In this document: piece by piece, positions 43,307 to 54,137 of the stretch | How the letters are laid out: every line of letters starts with the position of its first letter | How positions within the stretch are numbered: position 1 is the stretch's first letter | Assembly (NCBI GenBank): GCA_965198115.1 | Contig: OZ240241.1 | Span: 4,000,001-4,064,000 of the forward strand | DNA length: 64,000 nucleotides | Direction: 5' to 3' | Source of the DNA: Candidatus Latescibacterota bacterium | Lineage (GTDB): Bacteria; Latescibacterota; UBA2968 | The notes under the pieces: model-generated | Told to the model about the DNA's origin: nothing | The model's input: the letters and a program-made list of their open reading frames with translations, nothing else | Databases searched by the model: none | Position numbers and translations under genes: made by a program

Positions 43307-44128
43307 ATGGCTAACAATCTGAAGCGCGAAAAGCAGGAAATGGCGATTAACTGCCTGGTGGAGGGAATGAGCGTCCGTTCCGTCGAGCGGCTGACGGGCG
43401 TCCACCGCGATACGATCCTGCGGTTGATGGTGCGGGTCGGGAACGGCTGTAAGACGATGATGGATGAAACCCTACGGGGTCTGTCCTGCAAGCGGATTCA
43501 AGTGGACGAAGTGTGGGGTTTCATCGCGAAGAAGGAACGGCACATCAAATACGGCGATCCCGAGGAATACGGCGATGTTTGAACGTGGGTCGCGCTTGAC
43601 GCAGACACCAAGCTGGTTCCGGCCTATAGAGTGGGCAGGAGGAACGGGCAGGTTGCGCGGGAGTTTCTTGGCGACCTGGCCTCCCGCTTGGACTCACGTA
43701 TTCAGCTTTCGTCCGACGCCTTTAGTGCTTACAAGGATGCCGTAGATGAACAGTGGGGCCCGGCCGTCGATTACGCGCAAATCGTAAAATCCTTTGAAGC
43801 GGAGCCCATCGGGCCGGGTAGGTATTCGCCCCCGAAGGTGTCGGCCGTCCACAAAGACGTGATTATGGGTGAACCCGACATGGGCCACGTATCCACGTCC
43901 TACGTCGAGCGCCAGAACCTAACGATGCGCATGTCGATGCGTCGGCTGACGCGGCTCACCAATGCCTTCAGCAAAAAGGGAGATAACCTGAAAGCGGCTG
44001 TCTCCCTACACTTTGCTCATTACAATTTCGCCCGCATCCATAAGACGCTGAGGGTGGCCCCGGCGATGGAAGCGGGCGTGACGAATCGGCTTTGGACCGT
44101 GGGTGATCTACTCGACTGCGCGGCGTGA
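43307..44128 (+). pseudogene. IS1-family transposase with in-frame TGA at codon 92 (expected Trp)
   Basis: LVEGMSVRS..HRDTILRL, QVDEVW, DV*TWVALD, STSYVERQNLTMRM..TNAFSKK. Confidence 0.88.
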
Positions 44129-44182
44129 AATTAGGACACTACCTAATACTTACTCCACTGCAGACTAAGCGAATCTAAAGGC

Positions 44183-44800
44183 TCAAGAATCGCGAACCAC
44201 GGTAGCTTTTCCGTTCGTCAGGTTCCGAATCGCATTCGACAGCCCTTCGACCCGTTCCGTCGGCAACCACAAACGAAACGTCGCATCTGTAGCATACTCC
44301 TCATCGACCATCTCGGCCTCGTAGTCAGGCAGAAGTCGTTTCATTTGGTCGACAAACGCATAGTCGAACCGAACGTGGATGGACAACCGATCGACCTTTT
44401 CTACCAGCTCCGCGGTGGACAGTGCGTGCTGGACACCCGATGAATACGCACGAACCAACCCGCCCTTGCCGAGCTTCGTCCCGCCGAAATAACGCGTTAC
44501 GACCACAGCCACGTCACCCGCGCCTCCGTGAACGAGGACGTTCAGCATCGGTCGACCGGCCGTACCGTGCGGTTCGCCGTCGTCGCTCATCCCCACCGTG
44601 CCCGTCGAGCCTGGCGGGCCGATCAAGAAGGCCCAGCAGTTGTGGCTCGCGTCGGCGTAGGTCTTCCGCACCTCCTCGACGAGACCCTTGGCGGCGTCGA
44701 CGCCGACCGCCGTGTCGAGGGTCGTGATGAACCGCGACCGTTTCACTTCGTCCTCCACGCGAACGCGGCCGGCCGGGATCGGATAGCGCGAACGAGACAC
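44183..44800 (-). CDS. yigZ: YigZ/IMPACT family protein
   Basis: KRSRFI, ASHNCWA, DDGEPHGTAGRPML, RYFGGTKLGKGGLVRAY. Confidence 0.92.
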   Translation of the reverse strand: MSRSRYPIPAGRVRVEDEVKRSRFITTLDTAVGVDAAKGLVEEVRKTYADASHNCWAFLIGPPGSTGTVGMSDDGEPHGTAGRPMLNVLVHGGAGDVAVVVTRYFGGTKLGKGGLVRAYSSGVQHALSTAELVEKVDRLSIHVRFDYAFVDQMKRLLPDYEAEMVDEEYATDATFRLWLPTERVEGLSNAIRNLTNGKATVVRDS

Positions 44801-44804
44801 GACG

Positions 44805-45821
44805 TCACATCTCCAGCATCGCTTTGACCACACCTGCTTCAGGCTTCAGCCACCCCGGAAACGCCTCCACGAACGTCGCATACGTTGCCCGGTGTGTGAT
44901 CCACGGTGACGTATCGACCCGGCCCGACTCCATCAGCTCGATGATGCGGCGGAAGTCCTCCGCGCGTGAATTCCGCGTGGCCAACAAGGTCGTTTCACGT
45001 CGATGGAATTCTGGATCGTTGAATGTGATGTCGTCCTGTACCAATCCCACGAACACCAGGCGCCCACCGTTCGCGACGAAGCGGAAAGCACCGGCCATCG
45101 ACCGTGGATTGCCCGTCGCGTCGAAAACCACCGTCGGAAGATCTCCGTCGGTCCAGTCCATCACCTCCTCCAGCGCCGTATCGAGATCTGAAAACCCCCG
45201 CTCCACCTCGAATTGAGCGTGAGCGAACGTCATACGGCTGGGTGCCAGTTCCAGAAGCCCCACACGCGCTCCCGCAACGGTCGCGAATTGGACGACCGAC
45301 AGACCGATGGGCCCCGCACCGATGACGAGCACTTTTTCGTCAGGCTCAATCGTCGCACGATCGACCGCGTGAGCGCCGATGCCAAGCGTCTCCACCAAAG
45401 CGAGCTGGCTCGTTTCGAGCTCATCCGACCGGTGCAGTTTGGCCGCAGGCAGAAGAATCTCTTCCCGCATCCCTCCATCCGTGTGAACCCCCAGACACTG
45501 GAGCTGCGTGCAGCAGTTGGTCTTGCCCCGGCGACAGGCAATACAACTGCCACAGGTCAAATACGGCTCCACCGCACACCGATCACCCACGTTCACATCC
45601 GTCACTCCAGGGCCGACCTCCACAACGGTCACGCCCAGCTCGTGGCCCAGAATGCGTGGATAATCGAAAAAAGGCTGGCGTCCCCGAAAGGCGTGCAGGT
45701 CCGTGCCGCAGACACCGACACGCTCCACACGAACCCTCGCCTGCCCGCCACCCGGACTGGCGGGGGTTGCCGTGTCGTGGCGCTCGAACGCCTCAGGCTC
45801 CCTCAAAACGATCGTTTGCAC
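44805..45821 (-). CDS. Zinc-binding alcohol dehydrogenase family protein
   Basis: CGTD, GHE, CGSCIAC..C, GAGPIG. Confidence 0.92.
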   Translation of the reverse strand: MQTIVLREPEAFERHDTATPASPGGGQARVRVERVGVCGTDLHAFRGRQPFFDYPRILGHELGVTVVEVGPGVTDVNVGDRCAVEPYLTCGSCIACRRGKTNCCTQLQCLGVHTDGGMREEILLPAAKLHRSDELETSQLALVETLGIGAHAVDRATIEPDEKVLVIGAGPIGLSVVQFATVAGARVGLLELAPSRMTFAHAQFEVERGFSDLDTALEEVMDWTDGDLPTVVFDATGNPRSMAGAFRFVANGGRLVFVGLVQDDITFNDPEFHRRETTLLATRNSRAEDFRRIIELMESGRVDTSPWITHRATYATFVEAFPGWLKPEAGVVKAMLEM

Positions 45822-46208
45822 GATGACCTCACACCTCAGATGTCCAGGACCTTGGATTAGACGCGGCGGCTTGCGTCCGTAGCCACCGCCAAACTGTAGG
45901 ATCGATTCTGTCAAAAAGAAAAGCCCCGAAGGCATTGAGCCTCCGGAGCGTCCGATTCCTCGTCCGGGTGGTCAGATGGTGATGTCGATACTCACCCCAA
46001 CCCCGTTGGGTGAAGCCCGATTGACGACCCGGGAAACGAGATCTGCTCCGGCCGCCGAGGACGTGTTCGAATTGGAGTTGCCATCGACCTTGATCGGCCG
46101 GCCAGATGTGAGGGGCGGCATCGTCGTACGGGGAATGAGCCCGTTCGAGTTAACGTTGGATGAGGATACCTGTCCCGGCACCGTGCACCTCCTGCACTGA
46201 ACCAACCA

Positions 46209-46898
46209 TCAGATACTCAGCTTCCCGACGACCCATAAAATTAACGGCGCAAACGCCAGCGAGGGAAGGAAATTCGCCACCCTGACACGAGCCACGTCGA
46301 GCAAGGAAAGCCCTACGCCTACGATAATCAGGCCGCCGGCAGCCTCCATCTCCAAAACTGAGGCCTCCGACAACAGCGTTTGCAAACCCGTCGCCCCGAG
46401 CGTGAGCGTTCCCTGTAGCAACAGCACGGTCACCGCAGAAAACATCACGCCCACCCCGAACGTCGCCGCGAAAGCGAAAGAGGCGAATCCGTCGAGGACG
46501 GACTTGGTGGCCAGAAGCTCGAAGTTGCCCGAGAGGCCGTCCTGGATCGATCCGACCACCGTCAGAGGGCCGACGCAAAAGACGAGGCTCGAAGTAACGA
46601 ATCCTTCGCTGAACCGGCCGCCCCTCATCGAAAACCGCCGCTCGAGCCAGTCCCCAATCGCATCCAGACGGCCCTGTATGCGGATGCCCTCTCCGACCAA
46701 TGCGCCGAGAAGCGTGCTCCCCAGAAGAATGAGCACGTGATCCGTCTTGAGGGCCATTCGTGTGCCGATCAGGAGCGTGAACAGACCGATGCCGGCGAAA
46801 GTCGTCTGGCGCACACGTTCGGGCAATCGACCACCCACCACGAGTCCGACGGAACTTCCCGCCAGTACGGTCGCCACATTGATCAGGGTTCCCGTCAC
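46209..46898 (-). CDS. DUF554 family membrane protein
   Basis: GTLIN, FCVGPL, KSVLDGF, RVANFLP. Confidence 0.92.
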   Translation of the reverse strand: MTGTLINVATVLAGSSVGLVVGGRLPERVRQTTFAGIGLFTLLIGTRMALKTDHVLILLGSTLLGALVGEGIRIQGRLDAIGDWLERRFSMRGGRFSEGFVTSSLVFCVGPLTVVGSIQDGLSGNFELLATKSVLDGFASFAFAATFGVGVMFSAVTVLLLQGTLTLGATGLQTLLSEASVLEMEAAGGLIIVGVGLSLLDVARVRVANFLPSLAFAPLILWVVGKLSI

Positions 46899-47326
46899 GT
46901 TTCGTTCCGCAGGGATGCCCAATCGGAAAACGGCAAGGACGCGTGCGTCTGCGCGATACGCCAGCGACCGTCCTCCCAAACGACGACGATCGACCAGCGC
47001 TCACCCGTCACGCGATAGGTCTTATCATTCTGCACGCCAGCGCCATCCCACAAGAACGTCGCCCAGGCGACATCGCCGTGAATCCTCACGAGCGTGTCTC
47101 TCCGTTCGAGCTCTACATCCTCCCACGCCGCCAGGTGTCGCAACCACACGTCGCGCACCGGCTCCAATCCAGCGACCCGACCCACGGACCCTGTGAAGAT
47201 CGCAACAGGGTCGAACGAAAGAAGCCCCGTCAAGGCATCGCCGTCACCGTTCTGAACGGCGTTCGTCAGCGTCGTCAGCAGAGACTCGATCTCGACGACA
47301 TCCGGATGCGTTGACCGATCGTGCAC
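46895..47326 (-). CDS. NTF2/SnoaL-like domain protein
   Basis: GDVAWA..RWSIV..WRIAQTHAS. Confidence 0.85.
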   Translation of the reverse strand: MHDRSTHPDVVEIESLLTTLTNAVQNGDGDALTGLLSFDPVAIFTGSVGRVAGLEPVRDVWLRHLAAWEDVELERRDTLVRIHGDVAWATFLWDGAGVQNDKTYRVTGERWSIVVVWEDGRWRIAQTHASLPFSDWASLRNET

Positions 47327-47328
47327 GC

Positions 47329-47673
47329 TCAGTGAGAGAGGTGCTCGCCCGTGATCTTGCAGCAGTCGGGGAGCGAGGCGTAGGCAGTGGAATCGGCCGA
47401 AACGCCGTTTGCATCGTAACCGGAAGCAGCGATGGCGTTCGCAAGTGCCTGTGGACCGGTCGATCCATCGTTGTAAGAAACACGTACCTGTTTCGCCTTC
47501 AAATCGACGGCCACGCGTCGAACCCCATCGACCTTCTCTACGGCTCGCTTTACCGTCGTTTCACAGTGTGCACACTGGAGGGTCGGGGTGTCGATCGTTG
47601 TCTGACGCGCCTCCGTCGTGTCACACGCCCAGAGGGCGGCCATCATCATAAGTCCTGCGATGATCCTGTGCAC
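47329..47673 (-). CDS. Exported heavy-metal-associated (HMA) protein, possible lipoprotein
   Basis: LWAC lipobox, LQCAHC, C-terminal AYASLPDCCK. Confidence 0.85.
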   Translation of the reverse strand: MHRIIAGLMMMAALWACDTTEARQTTIDTPTLQCAHCETTVKRAVEKVDGVRRVAVDLKAKQVRVSYNDGSTGPQALANAIAASGYDANGVSADSTAYASLPDCCKITGEHLSH

Positions 47674-47797
47674 GCCTTCTCCTTTCTCAATGCCCGAAAC
47701 CATACGGGATCCCCCATGACCTGTCAAGAGAGGCCACCAACGCAAAAGGGGGACGAGACAACAACGTCTCATCCCCCTCTCCTAAACTCAAAAACGG

Positions 47798-49582
47798 CTA
47801 TTCGGCGAGCGTTCCCCGGTTGTCGGCCTCGTCCTCGACGTCCGCCCGCTCCACGATGCTCTCCTGTTCCAAAGCAACCTTCTGCGTGATTTCCACAAGC
47901 TCGTAGAGCTCCTCCACCTGGCGCTGGATGTGACCGCGAATCTCGGCCTGCCCATCCGCCAACTCGATCAGGAGCCGTCCCTGCGAGGTTGTCTCTTCGA
48001 CATCCCTTGCAAGCCGGTCGAGGGCCGTCCCGCCTCGCTTCGAAAGACGCCCTGTCTGGCGCGCCGACCACCCCGACCCTTCGATGTGTGACGCCATCTC
48101 ATCCAGATCCTGGCGAACCTGAACGACACGTTCTTCGATCTCCCGCTGTAGACGCGCCACTTCGGGCCCCAGGTCGGAAATCGCTTCAACGACCGCCGCG
48201 AGTCCGCCGCTCTCCGTCTCCGCGCGACCCAACTCCACTCGCGCGGACAGAACGAGATGATCGATCGAGCTCTGCAGACGTGCAATCGATCGCGTCATCG
48301 TTTCGGACTCGTTCAGACGCCCACGTAGGCGAGTCGCGGCTTCGTGTACCATCTCGCCGTAGGCGGTCGCCTCTCTCGCCCCGTCGACGAGGTCCCAGAG
48401 GGATTCGGCTCGCTCGTTCGTCCGATCACCCGTTCGCTCGATCTGCTGACGGATCTCGTCGATCGATCGACGGAGGCTGTCGCCCTCGCTGCTCAGCGCT
48501 TGAATCGAGGATCTCACTCCCGCAAGACGTTCACCCAGGACGCGAACACTGCGCGTGACCAGGGAGGCCCCCCGCTTGAGTTCCTCCACGTCCCCCCGAT
48601 CCATCGATCGAGCCGGAGCCCCGTTTTGAGGGAGGGTGGTTTCTTCATCGAGGGGCTCATCGATCAACTCGAACCCTCCCTCCAGCAGGTCATCCTCCAT
48701 CGTCTCGAGTTCCTCGACCTCTGCGAGGATGTTCTCGTCGATCCCTAAGTTCGGGTCCATCAGCGGTTCGAAATCGCCCTCTTCTTCCACATCGGAAATC
48801 GCGAAGACGTCCGCCTCGTCAACCGTGCCCTCGTGAGGCTCGACCACTTCCCAAAAGACCGACGGACCTGCGAACTCCGATTCCTCGTCTAACACAGCGC
48901 TGGCCACGAACCGGACGTGGTGCGGGCCAATCTTGAACGTCGTTTCATACGGAAGATGGTCGGGGTCGGATAGCGCCTCAGCGGCGGCGGCGGGGTCGGG
49001 GTAAAGCGTCGAAATCCGTTCCCCAGACAGCGCAGTTGTGTCGATGGACAAGTGGTCGTTCAGCTGGAACAGCATCGACTTCGACGTGTCATTCTGGTAG
49101 ACGATGCGCAGATCCGCATCCGCCAACACGACGCCCATTGGAGCCGATTCCGCCAATGATCGGAACTTGGTCAGGGCGTTCAGCTGTTCCTGCAGGTATT
49201 CCTTTGAGCGTTCGGCAGCCTGCTTTTCGACCTCGATATCCCGAACCTGAGTCTCGAGATCCTCGACCATGTCGTTGAAGCCGCGCGCCATACGACGCAT
49301 CTCATCGGGCCCCTCGACTGGTAGCCGAGGATGCATGTCACCCGCCCGCATGCGCGTGAATGCGTCGACGATCGAGAGCACAGGGTTCAGTGCCCGCTCC
49401 ATCATGGAATAGAAGGCAACACCACACAGCCCAACGAATACGAAAGCGGCGAGGAACAGATGGGGGGCGTCGACTTGCTCCGGCACCAGAGAAATGATCA
49501 CGGGAGCGAACCAGCCAAGCGCGAGCGCGGCGAGAATCAGACCGACTGCGATGACCGTGAGTGTGAACCTCAGATTCGCCAT
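47798..49582 (-). CDS. Degenerate chemoreceptor-like protein (2TM-HAMP-PAS-acidic linker-MCP-like coil)
   Basis: HAMP (GPDEMRRMARGFNDM), PAS, divergent hairpin LVLSARVELGRAETESGGLAAVV. Confidence 0.75.
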   Translation of the reverse strand: MANLRFTLTVIAVGLILAALALGWFAPVIISLVPEQVDAPHLFLAAFVFVGLCGVAFYSMMERALNPVLSIVDAFTRMRAGDMHPRLPVEGPDEMRRMARGFNDMVEDLETQVRDIEVEKQAAERSKEYLQEQLNALTKFRSLAESAPMGVVLADADLRIVYQNDTSKSMLFQLNDHLSIDTTALSGERISTLYPDPAAAAEALSDPDHLPYETTFKIGPHHVRFVASAVLDEESEFAGPSVFWEVVEPHEGTVDEADVFAISDVEEEGDFEPLMDPNLGIDENILAEVEELETMEDDLLEGGFELIDEPLDEETTLPQNGAPARSMDRGDVEELKRGASLVTRSVRVLGERLAGVRSSIQALSSEGDSLRRSIDEIRQQIERTGDRTNERAESLWDLVDGAREATAYGEMVHEAATRLRGRLNESETMTRSIARLQSSIDHLVLSARVELGRAETESGGLAAVVEAISDLGPEVARLQREIEERVVQVRQDLDEMASHIEGSGWSARQTGRLSKRGGTALDRLARDVEETTSQGRLLIELADGQAEIRGHIQRQVEELYELVEITQKVALEQESIVERADVEDEADNRGTLAE

Positions 49583-49700
49583 GTGCGAGGGTCCTGAATG
49601 TTAGAAACGTTGGGAAAAACCGCCACTCTACCTTATCGACAAATCGAATAGATACTTGAACATGCCACGACTGCTCTAACCTGTCAACGTGCCCCATAGC

Positions 49701-49736
49701 AGAAGACCCCCACACCGAGCGGTGTAGGGGTCTTCT
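49701..49736 (-). terminator. Intrinsic terminator
   Basis: AGAAGACCCC-CACACC-gagc-GGTGTA-GGGGTCTTCT. Confidence 0.7.
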
Positions 49737-49755
49737 GTGACAACTCGAAGCGAAC

Positions 49756-49962
49756 TTAGCGGCGGCGACGGGCGCTCTTCTTCGCTTTCTTGGCTTTTTT
49801 AGCCTTCTTGGCTTTTTTGGCCTTTTTGGCTTTCTTCGCCTTTTTGGCCGGCTTCTTAGCCCTTCTCGCTGAACGCTTGGCTGGCTTTTTCACCGTCCTT
49901 GCCGACTTTTTGGCGACGCGCTTTTTGGCCTTCTTCGTTTTCTTGGCCCTTTTTACCGGCAT
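49756..49962 (-). CDS. Histone H1-like Lys/Ala/Arg-rich protein (68 aa)
   Basis: AAGGAGGTG RBS, KKA repeats with varied codons, terminator downstream. Confidence 0.8.
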   Translation of the reverse strand: MPVKRAKKTKKAKKRVAKKSARTVKKPAKRSARRAKKPAKKAKKAKKAKKAKKAKKAKKAKKSARRRR

Positions 49963-50159
49963 CGCTTTCACCTCCTTCTCGTGGATTCGTAACAGCCGTT
50001 GGCGGTGTCCGCAGACGATCACACTTTAGGTCGACTTGACCAACTGTGAAACGCCCTTTATCTGCCGGTGAATATACGGCCGGTTCATTTCACGAATCAA
50101 GAAGATTCTGATTATTCAGCCACTATTTGACAGAGTTTTTAAGATCGAAACGACGCTGG

Positions 50160-51701
<1,542 letters not shown>

Positions 51702-51949
51702 CACACACCGCTCCCGGCGGTCGCACAGATCCGCCCGGGCATCGCGGGTAGAGATCCCGCGGCCCAGTTTGGACCCGCACTTGGCCAGAAAATGACTCGC
51801 AAATTCCGTATCCGATAAGAAAAGATGATTGATCGAAGAATATATCCGTCCTCAGGGCTCGTGTCAACAGACCCTCCGGGGTTGACCTCTCCTTCGTTCG
51901 GCGACTATAATAATAAGGAAGCGAATCGATCCAGGTCACGGAGGCGCAA

Positions 51950-52606
51950 GTGACGTTCATCGCCCTGATAGGCTTCATCCTGCTCGTCGTCGGACCGATC
52001 GTCATCGCCCTCTTATTCGGAGGGCGGCTTTTCGATCGGATGGACCGAAACCGGGCGGCTCAGCAACGACGACGACGAAACCTGACCACACGCGCTCTTC
52101 CCATCCAGTCCCGATCGATCGATGCCCTTCTGCAGACCGAAATCTCCAGGGATGAACTCGACGATCGGGTTGCACGGGCTCTCGAATCTTTTCGCACGCT
52201 CTCGCGTAGCGAGCCTGTACCGGTCGAGGTTTCTGAGGGGGCTCTGCGGGACGTAGAACAAACCATTCTGCGGCGTGAGTCTCGGTTCGTGACCTACTTC
52301 GACCTCGCACAGGTTCAGAGCGAAATGATCGAACTGCTTGACCGCGAGGTCTCGCTCCTCAGGGACTGGGCTGAAATACGAATCGATCTCGGGGCTCCCA
52401 GACCTTCCGTCGGCGATCCTTCCTACCGCGCCCCTGCCAAGGATTCGACCCCCACCGATCGTCTGCGGGACAGCATTGAACGAGCCGTCAGAAGGAGAGA
52501 CGATGCCGATCGGCAGATGCGCGGCTTGGGATCAGTGGGAGGTGCTGTTGATTTGAAGATTGGCGATGAGGATTCGGGACCCCATTCCGGGCGGAACCGA
52601 AGATGA
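51950..52606 (+). CDS. Hypothetical protein with N-terminal TM helix
   Basis: GGAGG RBS, 218 aa. Confidence 0.7.
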   Translation: MTFIALIGFILLVVGPIVIALLFGGRLFDRMDRNRAAQQRRRRNLTTRALPIQSRSIDALLQTEISRDELDDRVARALESFRTLSRSEPVPVEVSEGALRDVEQTILRRESRFVTYFDLAQVQSEMIELLDREVSLLRDWAEIRIDLGAPRPSVGDPSYRAPAKDSTPTDRLRDSIERAVRRRDDADRQMRGLGSVGGAVDLKIGDEDSGPHSGRNRR

Positions 52607-52653
52607 GTCAGAACCGTTCAATATTACAAGCACTTAAGACACCCTGTTTTAGC

Positions 52654-52682
52654 TTGACAGGAAAAAATCGATTCATTAGATT
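52654..52682 (+). promoter_or_regulatory. Sigma70-like promoter separated from the TPR/tonB genes by an IS
   Basis: TTGACA-N17-TAGATT. Confidence 0.55.
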
Positions 52683-52829
52683 TTGTAGCCTAGTAGCATA
52701 TTGCCCTTATTCTGCTCGCCGAAAACCTTGTTTAATAAGGATTTCGGCACTGTTTTTAGCACCCCGGGCTGCGGGAGTTATGTAGGATCTGTAAAGCCCG
52801 CGGTTGTCTGGACACTCGGGTGAGTGTAT

Positions 52830-53723
52830 TCAGGCGGCCTTTCGAGTTGCCGTGAGTGCGTTTCTAGCCTGTTCGGGCGTCTTGTAGCCGTGACGTTCGA
52901 TGATCCACCTGTGGTTGTATCTGTCCCGAAACTCAAGGAGTGCGAGGCGCAGGTCTTCGATGGTACTGAAGTGTCTAACCCACAGGAGGTTTTCTTTGAG
53001 GGTACGGATGAACCGCTCGGCGCATCCGTTGCCTTCTGGCTCACGCACGAAACTCGGCGATGTTTGGACGCCGAGGAATGCGATCTCGTTCTGGAAGTCG
53101 TCAGAGACGTATTGTGACCCGTGATCGTGTCGGAGCTCCAGTCCTTCGGCGATGTTTTCTTCGAAGCCCCCGAAGTGTTCACGGATGCCCTGTCGGATCG
53201 GCTCGAGAGCCTCAAAGCGGTTGGCCGTCTTGGAGGCGTGAATGCCCACACACTCGCACGTGCAGTGGTCGATCGCGATAAACACGGAGGCTCTGCCCTC
53301 GTCGACCGTGGGCGTCACAGTCAGGTCGGTGCCCCACATCTGATCGGGCTTCTCGGTCGTAATCGTGCCATCGTGGGCTCGTCGTTCGCGACGCCGTCCT
53401 GGACGCGCCTGGAGCCCGTTTTCACGCATCAACCGGCGGACCCGATCCTTTGACGTCCGCATACCGTGAAAGCGAAGCCTGGCCCAGATCTTGCGGTATC
53501 CTTCGCCGTGGAAGGGTGACGCGTCGATCTCCTGCTGAATGAGGGAGACCAATTCCTCATCGGTACCCGCTCCGACCGGGCCTCGCTTCCGGGGTTGCCG
53601 AAGATCGGTTACGGATGAACGACGAAGCTGGCTGTGCACCGTGGAACGGGGTATCTGCAACACTTTGCACACGCGTTTAATGCTGTAGCGTCTCCCCGTG
53701 GAGGGCGAAAGGACCTCACTCAT
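52830..53723 (-). CDS. Transposase OrfB (rve integrase core)
   Basis: GYRKIWARL, WGTD, HDHGSQY, NGCAERFIRTLKE. Confidence 0.93.
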   Translation of the reverse strand: MSEVLSPSTGRRYSIKRVCKVLQIPRSTVHSQLRRSSVTDLRQPRKRGPVGAGTDEELVSLIQQEIDASPFHGEGYRKIWARLRFHGMRTSKDRVRRLMRENGLQARPGRRRERRAHDGTITTEKPDQMWGTDLTVTPTVDEGRASVFIAIDHCTCECVGIHASKTANRFEALEPIRQGIREHFGGFEENIAEGLELRHDHGSQYVSDDFQNEIAFLGVQTSPSFVREPEGNGCAERFIRTLKENLLWVRHFSTIEDLRLALLEFRDRYNHRWIIERHGYKTPEQARNALTATRKAA

Positions 53724-54049
53724 TTCCGCGACCTCCGATGCGCCAAAGGGCGGCGGGCTTCCAGACGATCGATTCTTTGTTGCAGCAGCTCGTTGTCCAT
53801 CGTGAGCTCGCCAATCTTCGCCTGGAGGTCCTTGACCCTCTCGTCACGCTCGTCGCTCGGACGAGAGCGTAGTGCGGCCTGGGCGCCAGAGTGGAACTGA
53901 TCGCGCCACTCGCTCAATTTAGCTGCCGTTACTCCCAGATCGCGAGAGACGCTGTCGAGGCTCTCGCCACGCATCACACGTAATACGGCTTCGGCCTTCT
54001 TCTTCACGGAGAAACGACCCTGCGAAGTCGCGCTTGTAGCCTTGTTCAT
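53720..54049 (-). CDS. Transposase OrfA (HTH + leucine zipper)
   Basis: AVLRVMRGESLDSVSRDLGV..W, LQAKIGELTMDNELL; ATGA overlap with orfB. Confidence 0.9.
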   Translation of the reverse strand: MNKATSATSQGRFSVKKKAEAVLRVMRGESLDSVSRDLGVTAAKLSEWRDQFHSGAQAALRSRPSDERDERVKDLQAKIGELTMDNELLQQRIDRLEARRPLAHRRSRK

Positions 54050-54137
54050 GGTGGACCCTCCTTTTCGACCTACTGTAGGTCAACGGAGTGTCCAAGAAAA
54101 CCCCGGGGCGCTGGAGAGTTATGTAGGAGCCAATCCA

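Larger units (their letters stand above)
41908..44143 (+). mobile_element. IS1-family element with passenger cargo (2236 bp)
   Basis: Perfect 16-bp IRs GGTAGTGTCCTAATTT; 8-bp duplication TAATACTT (41900-41907, 44144-44151). Confidence 0.95.
52790..54115 (-). mobile_element. IS3-like two-ORF element
   Basis: Imperfect IRs ending in GGACACT; flanking direct repeat GAGTTATGTAGGA(T/G)C; right boundary approximate. Confidence 0.82.

Noticed and set aside
29374-44128. Genome-wide UGA reassignment, or Sec in the transposases
   Set aside because: Many intact genes end in TGA at expected positions; the transposase TGAs are not at Cys-like positions and are best read as nonsense changes or errors
45972-46205. 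77-aa ORF with CxxC downstream of the DUF554 gene
   Set aside because: No recognisable family or clear RBS, and an equally long ORF lies on the opposite strand; cannot be supported
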